DNA from: a virus
DNA length: 64,000 nucleotides
IMG/VR virus record: IMGVR_UViG_3300027976_000006
Location: 64,001 to 128,000 of that record
Reading direction: 5' to 3' (one strand)
The notes under the pieces are model-generated. The model was not told where the DNA came from and did no database searches. It was given only the letters and a program-made list of their open reading frames with translations. Made by a program: the position numbers and the translations under genes. Within the stretch, counting starts at the first letter, position 1, and every line of letters begins with the position of its first letter. Below are positions 9,956 to 19,009 of this stretch, in pieces.

Positions 9956-10207
9956 ATGGCTAATTTATACGGCGATTTAGCGGATATAATTGCAGAACAT
10001 TTAGGTGTAGCTTCTGACCGCATTCACAGCAGCGATTCGTTCCACACACTGGGGCTAGACAGCCTTAGCACTATGGAATTGTGGTTTGAAATTGAAACTC
10101 GATGGGGGGTCGACAAGGAGTTGCTAGACAACGGTACGCATCAACCTTTTGGGGAGCTGGCAAAGCAGATAGAGCAGCGAGTAAAAAAACCAGCATTTAT
10201 CGAGTAA
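9956..10207 (+). CDS. acpP: acyl carrier protein
   Basis: IIAEHLGV..F..LGLDSLSTMEL..EIE with the phosphopantetheine Ser (DSL). Confidence 0.8.
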   Translation: MANLYGDLADIIAEHLGVASDRIHSSDSFHTLGLDSLSTMELWFEIETRWGVDKELLDNGTHQPFGELAKQIEQRVKKPAFIE

Positions 10208-10217
10208 GTTACACATT

Positions 10218-10235
10218 TTAAAATCCGGATTTTAA
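10218..10235. promoter_or_regulatory. 18-bp perfect palindrome TTAAAATCCGGATTTTAA (dispersed motif)
   Basis: Self-complementary, intergenic, related copies elsewhere. Confidence 0.75.
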
Positions 10236-10252
10236 CCGGCAAGGATGCGTGT

Positions 10253-10603
10253 ATGTGGTTTGCACTGTCGGACGGAGGGGAGCTGAACAAAAACGAATTC
10301 TTGCAAGAACTAAGAATCAATCGTGTTTGTCCCCTGCTCGTGTATCATAAAGACGATCAACCAATCGTTCCTATTTTTTCAAGCCACGATCTTGCTGTTC
10401 GGTTTGCTCAGCGCAATACTTTAAAAGCCTGGTCGATTGGCTGTATGGAGGCGGTAGAGGAAGACATCCAAAAGTTGTGCAAAGAAGGATTTATTGTGGA
10501 GCAGCTGCATTGGCCCAGTAAGCGAGATGTTTCGGTACATATGCTTTGGCTAGAAAGAGAGGTAGACCCGATAACAAAAGGTTTTCGTAATAACATTGGA
10601 TAG
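10253..10603 (+). CDS. hypothetical protein (SseB-N-like VPIFSS motif)
   Basis: PIVPIFSSHDLAVRF; RBS GCAAGGATGC. Confidence 0.55.
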   Translation: MWFALSDGGELNKNEFLQELRINRVCPLLVYHKDDQPIVPIFSSHDLAVRFAQRNTLKAWSIGCMEAVEEDIQKLCKEGFIVEQLHWPSKRDVSVHMLWLEREVDPITKGFRNNIG

Positions 10604-10635
10604 TGTTACTTTAAAAGTTTACGAAAGGATTTCAC

Positions 10636-11328
10636 ATGTTTTGTTACTTATTTTTAATTGTGTTACCGTTGCAAGGGGCTGATCCAGTTTCCTTTCCTTA
10701 CGCTGGGCAGTATCAGTATCTGCCGTTAGCAAAGCAACAAGAGATATATAAAATCTGGCCTACGCCACTTGTGCTACCAGACAAATTGCATTTCTATGCC
10801 CGCTCAGGTTACAGCCAAAGGTTAACTATCACCAATGGGCTGGATCACCATATTTGGATGCCAACCTCGCAGGATGATTCTCTTGGGGCTCAAAACCCAA
10901 ATCGCAAGTCTCCATGGGTTGTATCCGGTGGCGCGGATGGTTTAACAGACTTTGTATCGTATGTGGGGGTTGCGTTCCCCAAGGATGCAACAGTAAACAT
11001 CTACAGTGAGAGCGTAGACGCGGGGGCTAGACGGCTATTACCTATGCACAAGTGGAGTTGGCCTAAGGGTTCCATCTTCATAGACATGCTGACGCATAAA
11101 AACCACACCTTTGAGGTGCGACAGCGAGAGAAGGTAGGGGAAGTTGACTGGGTTTCTAGTGTTATCTTCCACGATGCTCAGAAAGCTCCCAAAGAGTTTA
11201 AAGGTGCAGGGCAATCCTGTATATCGTGCCACGGTAAGGTAGGAAGTCAAGATGGCTATGGCATTCGTATACGGGGCGGAGATACAGTGTTTTCTCTGAC
11301 CCCTATTAGTTTACTACCCGGTAGATAA
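10636..11328 (+). CDS. exported c-type cytochrome-like protein
   Basis: Hydrophobic signal-like N-terminus; single CISCH heme-binding motif. Confidence 0.65.
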   Translation: MFCYLFLIVLPLQGADPVSFPYAGQYQYLPLAKQQEIYKIWPTPLVLPDKLHFYARSGYSQRLTITNGLDHHIWMPTSQDDSLGAQNPNRKSPWVVSGGADGLTDFVSYVGVAFPKDATVNIYSESVDAGARRLLPMHKWSWPKGSIFIDMLTHKNHTFEVRQREKVGEVDWVSSVIFHDAQKAPKEFKGAGQSCISCHGKVGSQDGYGIRIRGGDTVFSLTPISLLPGR

Positions 11329-11355
11329 TAGCGGGTTTTGGGGTGGCATGTAGCG

Positions 11356-11389
11356 AGGGGTGGGGGATTTTCTCCGCCCCTTTTTTTTT
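11356..11389 (+). terminator. Rho-independent terminator
   Basis: AGGGGTGGGGGA/TCTCCGCCCCT stem followed by T9. Confidence 0.85.
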
Positions 11390-11467
11390 GTCGGCACAGT
11401 TAAAAAATTAGTTATATTTGCTTAGATGCTGTGTACTTGCAGGGGGTACCATGCTTAAACTTATCTT

Positions 11468-11953
11468 ATGCACATAGATAAGTCGCACAACTACGATCAG
11501 AGGCAACAAAAACCTTTTCGGCACCAGCAAAAAGGTGGCGGGAAAGCGAGTTACGTTATGCCAGCTAAGACTATTCCTAAGATTTCCGTAGATTCGGCGT
11601 TTGCAGGGGCATGGCCCGTGTCCTTGCAAGTAAGCCGGCGTAGGCAGCAGATCATTCTGAGCGATATGAGTTCACACCCGTTGGCTGACCTTTGCTGCGG
11701 GCAATGGGAATGTGTTTTAAATCCGGAATTTAACTCTTTGTTTTTAAGCCCAGCAAAAGGTCAGAACAGGTTCTTACGCTACTGGGCAAAGAAGTTTGGT
11801 ATGCTGGGTCATACTCATTGCTTGGCGGTGCAACTGCCCAAGTCCCAAGTGATACTGTATCGCCCCGTGTGTGTGCAGGCAGATGGTGACCGTATTTGTT
11901 TTCAGTACTTAAACCGAGTTCCTAGTTTAACCAAGGTTGCCAATGCTGGATAA
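11468..11953 (+). CDS. hypothetical protein
   Basis: 161 aa ORF. Confidence 0.5.
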   Translation: MHIDKSHNYDQRQQKPFRHQQKGGGKASYVMPAKTIPKISVDSAFAGAWPVSLQVSRRRQQIILSDMSSHPLADLCCGQWECVLNPEFNSLFLSPAKGQNRFLRYWAKKFGMLGHTHCLAVQLPKSQVILYRPVCVQADGDRICFQYLNRVPSLTKVANAG

Positions 11954-13517
11954 TATTGCAAAACTGCGTTTGATGCTGTTAGGGCGAAAAACAGCTTCAG
12001 CAGCCACTGGTTTTGAGCAGATAGATTCCTTGGCCAAATTAGCCGTAGATGCCATAACTCGACAAAAAATTAATAAAATAAACAGCTACGCTTGCCAAAC
12101 TCCACAAACAAAACTTGCTGGGGCTACTTGGCGTACTCCTGAGAATCTTGCGAAGATTCTCAGACAGGCGTGGGGGTCGTCATCACCCGTTGTGGGCGAT
12201 ATGACCCAAGGTTTCAACAGAAACCAAGTTTTACAGGCAATTTCTGACCGTTTTGGGATGGGTAAGACCATAGCAAAAGGCTATCAAGATTTTACGGATA
12301 AGTTGAATTGGAGACCGCTACCTGAAAAGATCCAAAACAGCGTTTTGAAGACAATATTTGATCAGGCTACACCTAAATACATATTCAGAGGTACTACCCC
12401 AGGTAAAAACATAAATAACCCCTTTGCGGTCGACAACGCTGGGCTTGCAGCTAATTTCGTGCACGGTTCGCCTAGCCCTTTTATTTCAGATTACTATGCC
12501 AAACAATTTGGGGGTGGTAGGGCATTTCAAATGTTCAAGCCTACCAGAGCTCAAGGGTATATGCCCGACTTTCGCGCTCAGTACTATATTGATAAGAATA
12601 CTGGAACTTTAAAGGAAGATATAAAAAACCGTACATGGGCCAAGATATCTCCGGATTTTAAAACCAATATGAGCACGGAAGACTTCTTGCACCCAGGTAT
12701 GCTTAACAAGGAGGAATTAGCACATAAGGCTATTGGGCAAACTGTTTACGAAACACCAGTTATGCCGGCTAATAAGGTTTTTGGCACATTCTTGGCTAGA
12801 AGAAAATCGCAACAATATCATCCCGGAGTACAAAACTTTGACTACATGCCGTCTTTTCCGCGAGCTAGGGCATCCGATATACTTAAGTATACTGAGATAG
12901 CTAGCGTTCCAAACCATCTTAATAATAAGTTTGTTCAAATGAGTTTAGAAAAGCAAAGAAAGCTACCTACAGATTCATCAGGGAGGCTGCTCGCATCACC
13001 TATTCCTAAGCCACCTATTGCTGCGCCACCTATTGCCGCACCACCTATTGCCGCACCACCTATTCCTAAGCCACCTAATGCTGCGCCACCTATTGCTGCG
13101 CCACCTATTGCTGCTCATGCCCCAAATACGCTAGGGACTGCAGGGGACTACCCAGTACCACCTACCGGATTTTTAGCTAGTATGCAACAGTATCTACTTA
13201 GCTTCATGGGTGGTGGTGTTAAGCAAGGAAGTACAGCTTGGGTTAGAGCATTCCGAGCTGGAAAACTAAGTCCTGAATCTTTAGGGCGCATAGCGGCAAG
13301 GTTACCCGAAGGTACTAACCGTTTTGTTAGACCTCTTGGCAAAGGTATAAATATGCAGGCTGACCTAATGGTTGGCAACCTTGGCGGACAAGTTGGACAA
13401 GTTGTTCGTAAGCTGCCCATCCACGCAATTCCTCCAAAGGCGCTTGCTGCGGAAGCAGGCAACCTTCAACTGGCTCAGACTATTATTTCAAAGTTGTTGA
13501 AAGGGAGTAACAAATGA
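11937..13517 (+). CDS. putative virion polyprotein: ADP-ribosyltransferase-like domain, PPIAA repeats, kinase N-lobe-like stub
   Basis: YIFRG...HGSPSPFISDYYA...VYETP (R-S-E-like); LGKGINMQADL..VVRK; KTA/KLA/KQG motifs. Confidence 0.5.
   Translation: MPMLDNIAKLRLMLLGRKTASAATGFEQIDSLAKLAVDAITRQKINKINSYACQTPQTKLAGATWRTPENLAKILRQAWGSSSPVVGDMTQGFNRNQVLQAISDRFGMGKTIAKGYQDFTDKLNWRPLPEKIQNSVLKTIFDQATPKYIFRGTTPGKNINNPFAVDNAGLAANFVHGSPSPFISDYYAKQFGGGRAFQMFKPTRAQGYMPDFRAQYYIDKNTGTLKEDIKNRTWAKISPDFKTNMSTEDFLHPGMLNKEELAHKAIGQTVYETPVMPANKVFGTFLARRKSQQYHPGVQNFDYMPSFPRARASDILKYTEIASVPNHLNNKFVQMSLEKQRKLPTDSSGRLLASPIPKPPIAAPPIAAPPIAAPPIPKPPNAAPPIAAPPIAAHAPNTLGTAGDYPVPPTGFLASMQQYLLSFMGGGVKQGSTAWVRAFRAGKLSPESLGRIAARLPEGTNRFVRPLGKGINMQADLMVGNLGGQVGQVVRKLPIHAIPPKALAAEAGNLQLAQTIISKLLKGSNK
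13001..13116 (+). repeat. 15-bp coding repeat (PPIAA/PPIPK)
   Basis: CCACCTATTGCYGCR units visible. Confidence 0.85.
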
Positions 13518-13769
13518 TAAGACGTGCGACATCTAACAGTATGTCCAACACTTGGGGCACGGGTCTAAGGTATTCCTGTCGCACGCAGTTAAGAATGTGG
13601 TCAAAAGTATTTAGTGACAGCCACTCGGCGTCAAGAGCATCACATTACAGGTACAACTCGCTAAGTTGGAAATCCGATGTAGTTTTGTCAAAGTAACGAG
13701 CTACTGTTGTATTAACTGTTCGTAGTATTTAAACTAAGTTTGTTCGAACTTAACCTTAAGGAGTTTATC

Positions 13770-14558
13770 GTGCACAAACAATCAGGCATTCGTTCCGCTT
13801 TAGTTGGTACTGGTATTGGTGGCGTTCTGGGAGGGCTGCTTGGTCGATTTACTGGCTATAATGCTGGCAATAAAGAAGGGTACAGAAGTGGTAGTGAGTC
13901 CGGCTATAATGCTGGCAATAAAGAAGGGTACAGAAGTGGTAGTGAGTCCGGGGGTAGAGATACCTTGTTAAATCTACTTCGGGGTATGACTGATGTTGTA
14001 GATCAAGGGCGTAGAAGCGATGTAGATTTAAAACAATTGCTTATGCCACTAGAAGGGGGCGCTTCTCCGGCTATGTCCTCAGTAGCGGTTAAAACCGCAA
14101 AACTACGAAGAATGTTTGCCCGCATAGAAAAGAAAGCTGAAGAAAAACAATCAGGCATTCGTTCCGCTTTAGTTGGTACTGGTATTGGTGGCGTTCTGGG
14201 AGGGCTGCTTGGTCGATTTACTGGCTATAATGCTGGCAATAAAGAAGGGTACAGAAGTGGTAGTGAGTCCGGCTATAATGCTGGCAATAAAGAAGGGTAC
14301 AGAAGTGGTAGTGAGTCCGGGGGTAGAGATACCTTGTTAAATCTACTTCGGGGTATGACTGATGTTGTAGATCAAGGGCGTAGAAGCGATGTAGATTTAA
14401 AACAATTGCTTATGCCACTAGAAGGGGGCGCTTCTCCGGCTATGTCCTCAGTAGCGGTTAAAACCGCAAAACTACGAAGAATGTTTGCCCGCATAGAAAA
14501 ACAAGCTATTGCTAGTTTAAGCAGAAAGTTATTTGGGCCTGACAGATACGGCGCATAA
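13770..14558 (+). CDS. tandemly duplicated glycine-zipper head/ejection protein
   Basis: AAGGAG then GTG at 13770; two identical 123-aa units bounded by KQS/KTA/KKA/KQA. Confidence 0.7.
   Translation: MHKQSGIRSALVGTGIGGVLGGLLGRFTGYNAGNKEGYRSGSESGYNAGNKEGYRSGSESGGRDTLLNLLRGMTDVVDQGRRSDVDLKQLLMPLEGGASPAMSSVAVKTAKLRRMFARIEKKAEEKQSGIRSALVGTGIGGVLGGLLGRFTGYNAGNKEGYRSGSESGYNAGNKEGYRSGSESGGRDTLLNLLRGMTDVVDQGRRSDVDLKQLLMPLEGGASPAMSSVAVKTAKLRRMFARIEKQAIASLSRKLFGPDRYGA
13776..14500 (+). repeat. 369-bp-period direct duplication with nested 48-bp tandem repeat
   Basis: 13776-14131 matches 14145-14500; inner repeat 13854-13901/13902-13949. Confidence 0.95.
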
Positions 14559-14757
14559 TTTCATCTTGGCTTACAGAGATGGGGCGACCAAGTGGCAGTT
14601 TAGAACAATATTCAAATAAGTGGAATGAAATTGCACCAAGCACATATCAGCCTTTCCCAGCTTCGCCTAGCTGGCGAAGCCCATAACCAGCTGCGATTGC
14701 CAAACAGAGTAAATAAAGTTAGAGTATCAGTTACCTTTATAATTTCTGGGGAGCACT

Positions 14758-17700
14758 ATGTACGAGTACACGGAAAAAGCGGGCGATGCTGCAGCTAAGA
14801 CTGAGAAGACAGCGGCATTAGAAGATACGAAACTCGGCATACCGATTAGTGCTGCAATCGCGGGTGGACTGGGTGGAGGGCTTTACGGAGGGCTTAAAGG
14901 TTTAATATCTCCCGGCGAATATGAAACGACAGACGAGGAAGGGCAGAAGGTTAAAAAAAAGCGTAATAGGCTAATAGCAGCTTTACAAGGTTCTTTGTAC
15001 TCTGGTGCTTTGGGGGCCGGAGCTGGGGCGTTAGGTGGGACGGCGTTTAATGCGGCCACTTCCGCCGACCCACAAAGAACTCCTTACACCGATGCTTACC
15101 GCAGTCTGCTTGTAGGTCAGGGCTTGGCTAACAATTATAAGTCGGCAGAGGCGGGACAAGACAGCAAACCTTCAGCAATGTCTTACATTCCCGGGATTGG
15201 CGGATTCCTTAGCGGAATAGCTAATCCTATGGTTCGCAAAAGTGATATAGGTATAGATTCCCTTGCAGGTATTCTGAAACCCATAGCGGCACCCATAGCG
15301 GCAGTGAATGAAGGCGTGGCTGGATTAATTGGGGGTATGGCAGGCGGCTTAGGTGGTGGCATGATTGGCCGTTTAGGGGGCAAGGCCCTTAAGACGCTTT
15401 TAAGTAAGCTTACAAAAAATTCGCTAAAGCCGACTGTGCTTACGAAGCTTAATCCAGGCGAATTCCGAAGTATACCGAGAGTGCCAACTGGTGCGGCGGA
15501 AGGGGTTCACAAATTAGTTGATAAATTTGACGATAATTCCGGTATCCTTGGGTTCCTTGGTGGAGCTTCTTTGGGTACACATGGCGGTGCCAGTGCTTAC
15601 CGCAGTCTGAAGGACTGGGCTATCAATTACGCGGATAAACTAAAACCTAAACTTGAGGATACGATTACAATGCCTGAGAAAATTGCAGAATGGGCTTCAG
15701 CTCCTAGCTTTTCGGCTAATGTGCCATTACCGCAGAAACTTAATCCGCTGGTTGCCGGTAGAAAATCATCAACAACCAAAGCGGACGCTAATGGAGTTCG
15801 AGAAGCACTTGCCAAGCTTGGTGCGTATGACAGCGCTTCACTTGCTGTTTCGGCAGCCGGGGATAGCAAAGGGTCTAAATATAAACAACAAGATGAAGAT
15901 CACGCAACTGGTGCAGCTGCGTTTGATTCGCTTGATAAGTATCGAAGGATGACTAAGAAAGCAGGCATGACTCAGTTCCAGACTAAATTCTTTGAACGCT
16001 TTATTTTAGAAGGTAAAAGTGCACAACAGCTACAAGCTGTGGTTAAGCAAGCAGGAGAACAGTTTGGATCTAAGATAGGTAAAGAATTAGCACGTGGGTT
16101 TAAAAAGCTTGCTTCTGCGGGGTTAGCCGGTGCCCGCTGGTTTGCTCGGGCTACCGGCAGCCCGACCGGTGCGGCTGCGCAGCGCCCAAGCCAGCAAGGA
16201 CTCCCTTCAGCTGGCGGGTTTGGCTTTTCTCAACTTCCGGCAGCGATGACTAATTTTGGTAAGCGGGTTGGAGAAGCATTCCCCGGATCAAAAGACTACA
16301 TGGGCATGGGGGGTGCTGCGTTTGATGGTGTTAAAGGAGCGTTACCTGGAATGGGCCAACAGCTTCAACAAGCAGCAACCAAAGGAGTAGAAGGCTGGGT
16401 TAAGCAACCCGGTGTCTTTACTAACCCTGCGGAAGTATGGAGGCGTAGAAACCAAGCTCAAGGTGTTCAGAAGACTTTAGGGGATATAACGACTGGCATG
16501 GGTAAGCTTATGGGCAAGCAGTCTAGTGAAAAGCGAGGGGCTAACTGGGCTGCGCTTGGGAAAGGGGCATTAAAATATATGGGAATGGGTGCGGGAAAAC
16601 CCGGGGCAGAAGTAGCAAATACTTTTAGGCATGCTATGGGCACGGCGGGAACGACTGCAGGAGGTGCAGCTTTAAAAGTATTGAAAAATCCTGTTCTGCA
16701 AGGGCGAGCAGGTACTGGGGCTGTGACTGGTGCAATAAACCCTATGACTGGTTTACTTTCCCAAGATGAAAATAGAAGCTGGGGTGACTATCTTACTAGT
16801 GCGGGTCTTAGCGGCTTAGCTGGTGCTGGTGCAGGTGTTTTAGGGGGCAAAGGCACGCAAAAGATGATGGGGCGTATGCAAGCAGGCGGAAACTTAGGTT
16901 TTATGGGTGATATGGCAGCAGATTTAGCTGGGTATGACACAGGTGGTCGGTTAGGGCAAATTGGATTTTTAGGCGGAGCTGCATTGCCCGCAAAGGTGCC
17001 TCAATGGTTAGGGCAAAAGGCGACACAGATGGGAGGTGGCCGTGTCGGCACGAATATTCCCGGAAGGGCAGGAGACACTGCAAAACTTATGAATAGTGTG
17101 GATTATTTAAGCAAGGGGCAGAACTGGGTACTCGGTAAAGGTAGGCAAGGTGCAGGCTTAGGCTATCAAGCAGCTAAAGCTAATCCGTTGATGGCAGCTG
17201 GTCTAGGTACTGCGGGACTTGGCGGTACCTACGGGTTACACCAACTTGGTAGAGCGGCAGACGCAGCTGAGGGCATGCGTGGTGATGCGAATGCACAGAT
17301 GAGTGCTCTTAGGCAGCAAGTTGCTGGCATGGGTGGCATGGGTGGCATGGGTCAGTTCTTTAATGAAAATAAGCATTGGTTAATGCCTGCGTTGTTAGCT
17401 GGTGGGGGTGCTTTGGCCGGGGGTGCAATGGGTGGTGGTGGTGGTGCTGCACTGGGTGGCCTCGGCTTGCCAGCCCTTTATGCGATGCATCAAAGTGGTA
17501 TGTTTGGCGGCGGAGGCGGCGGAGGCGGCGGAGGCGGCGGAGGCGGAGGCGTTGATCTTTATCGACCTGAGTCAAACGGGGGCCGTGACTTAATACAACT
17601 TCAGTTCCAAAATGCACAAGAAGATACAAATAGACAAATTGTCGCTCGGACAAGAGATCCGAGAATAGCTGTACCTAAAACAGCCAGTGCTAATGCAGTA

Positions 17701-17829
17701 CGGCTTATGCATCGAATAGAAAAGAAAGCCGAAGAAAAGCAAGCTATAGCCGCTCTTGTTAAAGCTTTGTCCGTGAGCGGGGCAAAAGCTTTAATGTCAC
17801 GATTAGAAAGTTACGCAGGGCAACGATGA
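14758..17829 (+). CDS. large Cys-free glycine-zipper-rich internal virion protein
   Basis: 1023 aa, many GxxxG hydrophobic segments, repeated KxA, poly-Gly; C-terminal RIEKKAEEKQAIA shared with ORF 13770. Confidence 0.7.
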   Translation: MYEYTEKAGDAAAKTEKTAALEDTKLGIPISAAIAGGLGGGLYGGLKGLISPGEYETTDEEGQKVKKKRNRLIAALQGSLYSGALGAGAGALGGTAFNAATSADPQRTPYTDAYRSLLVGQGLANNYKSAEAGQDSKPSAMSYIPGIGGFLSGIANPMVRKSDIGIDSLAGILKPIAAPIAAVNEGVAGLIGGMAGGLGGGMIGRLGGKALKTLLSKLTKNSLKPTVLTKLNPGEFRSIPRVPTGAAEGVHKLVDKFDDNSGILGFLGGASLGTHGGASAYRSLKDWAINYADKLKPKLEDTITMPEKIAEWASAPSFSANVPLPQKLNPLVAGRKSSTTKADANGVREALAKLGAYDSASLAVSAAGDSKGSKYKQQDEDHATGAAAFDSLDKYRRMTKKAGMTQFQTKFFERFILEGKSAQQLQAVVKQAGEQFGSKIGKELARGFKKLASAGLAGARWFARATGSPTGAAAQRPSQQGLPSAGGFGFSQLPAAMTNFGKRVGEAFPGSKDYMGMGGAAFDGVKGALPGMGQQLQQAATKGVEGWVKQPGVFTNPAEVWRRRNQAQGVQKTLGDITTGMGKLMGKQSSEKRGANWAALGKGALKYMGMGAGKPGAEVANTFRHAMGTAGTTAGGAALKVLKNPVLQGRAGTGAVTGAINPMTGLLSQDENRSWGDYLTSAGLSGLAGAGAGVLGGKGTQKMMGRMQAGGNLGFMGDMAADLAGYDTGGRLGQIGFLGGAALPAKVPQWLGQKATQMGGGRVGTNIPGRAGDTAKLMNSVDYLSKGQNWVLGKGRQGAGLGYQAAKANPLMAAGLGTAGLGGTYGLHQLGRAADAAEGMRGDANAQMSALRQQVAGMGGMGGMGQFFNENKHWLMPALLAGGGALAGGAMGGGGGAALGGLGLPALYAMHQSGMFGGGGGGGGGGGGGGGVDLYRPESNGGRDLIQLQFQNAQEDTNRQIVARTRDPRIAVPKTASANAVRLMHRIEKKAEEKQAIAALVKALSVSGAKALMSRLESYAGQR

Positions 17830-17868
17830 CCTCTACAGAGCACGATCTGGGGGAATACCAAGCTGTGT

Positions 17869-18159
17869 GTTGAGTAAGTAGCTGTGTAGGTCGCAAGGCG
17901 GATTGGAAAGATCCGACTCATGCCTAACAGCTAGGTGCATTTATGCTAAAGAATAAATGTACAGAACGCTGCTGGGACAAACCCTTGCGGACAGTGTTTC
18001 GGGCAGTTGGAATGGTGGCAGTTTTTCGAGGGTCCTCGGCTCCCAGGCTTCCTTTCACCCTCCCACCGTACAACTTGAGACCGCTGGCACCGCGCAGAGT
18101 GTCACGTTTCTACGAGGAAAGGCGGAAACGCTAGACCGGGTGCGACTGCCTAGCTCGAC
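17869..18159 (+). ncRNA. candidate large structured ncRNA of unknown class
   Basis: At least 7 helices with G-U pairs favouring the + strand, terminal stem, predicted pseudoknot. Confidence 0.6.
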
Positions 18160-18177
18160 TTAAATTCTGGATTTTAA
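18160..18177. promoter_or_regulatory. dispersed 18-bp palindrome copy
   Basis: TTAAATTCTGGATTTTAA fits TTAAAWTCYRGAWTTTAA. Confidence 0.7.
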
Positions 18178-18190
18178 AAGGTGGTTAAGA

Positions 18191-18730
18191 ATGAGACACG
18201 CAAGTTTACCTTACCACCTTTATCTGAATGTGGACAATAGCTATCTTGGTCCTGATATGCCAAAAGGCATGACACTTTGTATATGGCACGCTTCTTACGG
18301 CAGGCTTGGGCAAATGTTGATGTGCCATGTTTTATTAGAATCTGGGGCACACTGGAGTGGGTTACCGCTGCATGCACTATCCAACACTACTAATTTTTCT
18401 CTTTTACCTGAACAAGTAATGCCTTGGGCAGCTATGGGGGAATCCCTAGAGATTGAACTCTTCCCGCTGTTGGAAGGTTTGCAAACAAAGATTATGCAGC
18501 CGTTTAGCGGAGAGGGAAGACATACTGGTATGATCTTCGACTGGAAAGACGGTTACAGCCGTTATCCCCAAGAGCATAAGCCCCTCAACCTAATACAGAC
18601 CGACGATGGGCAACTAGCTTTGTTGCCAAACAATTTTATACTCTTAAGTGATAAGCATTTTGTGTCAGAAGACGCAAAGCTAAACCTTAAAAATTATAAA
18701 CGCGGGGCTATAACGCATTGGGGGACTTGA
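18191..18730 (+). CDS. phage hypothetical protein
   Basis: 179 aa, CHVLLESGAHWSGLPLHAL, AGGTGG RBS. Confidence 0.7.
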   Translation: MRHASLPYHLYLNVDNSYLGPDMPKGMTLCIWHASYGRLGQMLMCHVLLESGAHWSGLPLHALSNTTNFSLLPEQVMPWAAMGESLEIELFPLLEGLQTKIMQPFSGEGRHTGMIFDWKDGYSRYPQEHKPLNLIQTDDGQLALLPNNFILLSDKHFVSEDAKLNLKNYKRGAITHWGT

Positions 18731-18811
18731 TAAAATAACGCCTTGCTACTATGGTGCGGTTGGCTATAGAAGGTATAATGCCTTTTGCTGCTAAGTTGGT
18801 GCAGCTATTCT

Positions 18812-18897
18812 CTCTTCACGGATGAAGGAGGTCGGCATGAATACTTTTGTGAAAGGTAGGTGATCCGTATCTCGGTCGGGCTTGTCCCGGAGATACG
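18812..18897 (+). promoter_or_regulatory. regulatory RNA element: ANGGAN hairpin, micro-ORF MNTFVKGR (18837-18863), anti-16S tract, hairpin
   Basis: CTTC-ACGGAT-GAAG, AAGGAGG, GAAAGGTAGGTGATCC, CGTATCTC/GAGATACG. Confidence 0.45.
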
Positions 18898-19009
18898 AAT
18901 TTCTGGGATGGGCTCGATTTGTTTAACAGCACGGGTCTGTTGACATAAAGTAATAAGGTTAGTTATTATTAATGTTTGATCATACAAGACAATAACAAGG
19001 AGTAGTGGT

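Noticed and set aside
13514-13696. 60-aa ORF after the ART-like gene
   Set aside because: Has an RBS but atypical composition and no motif; possibly a decayed remnant, not called
13776-14500. Insertion sequence or DGR template/variable repeat pair
   Set aside because: Copies appear identical with no adenine-specific mismatches, no transposase or reverse transcriptase in the window, and they are in frame within one gene
17869-18159. tmRNA or RNase P RNA
   Set aside because: No GGGG acceptor stem, TTCRA T-loop or CCA end; GGAAAGATCCG and ACAGAACGCTGCT resemble RNase P conserved regions but do not form P4
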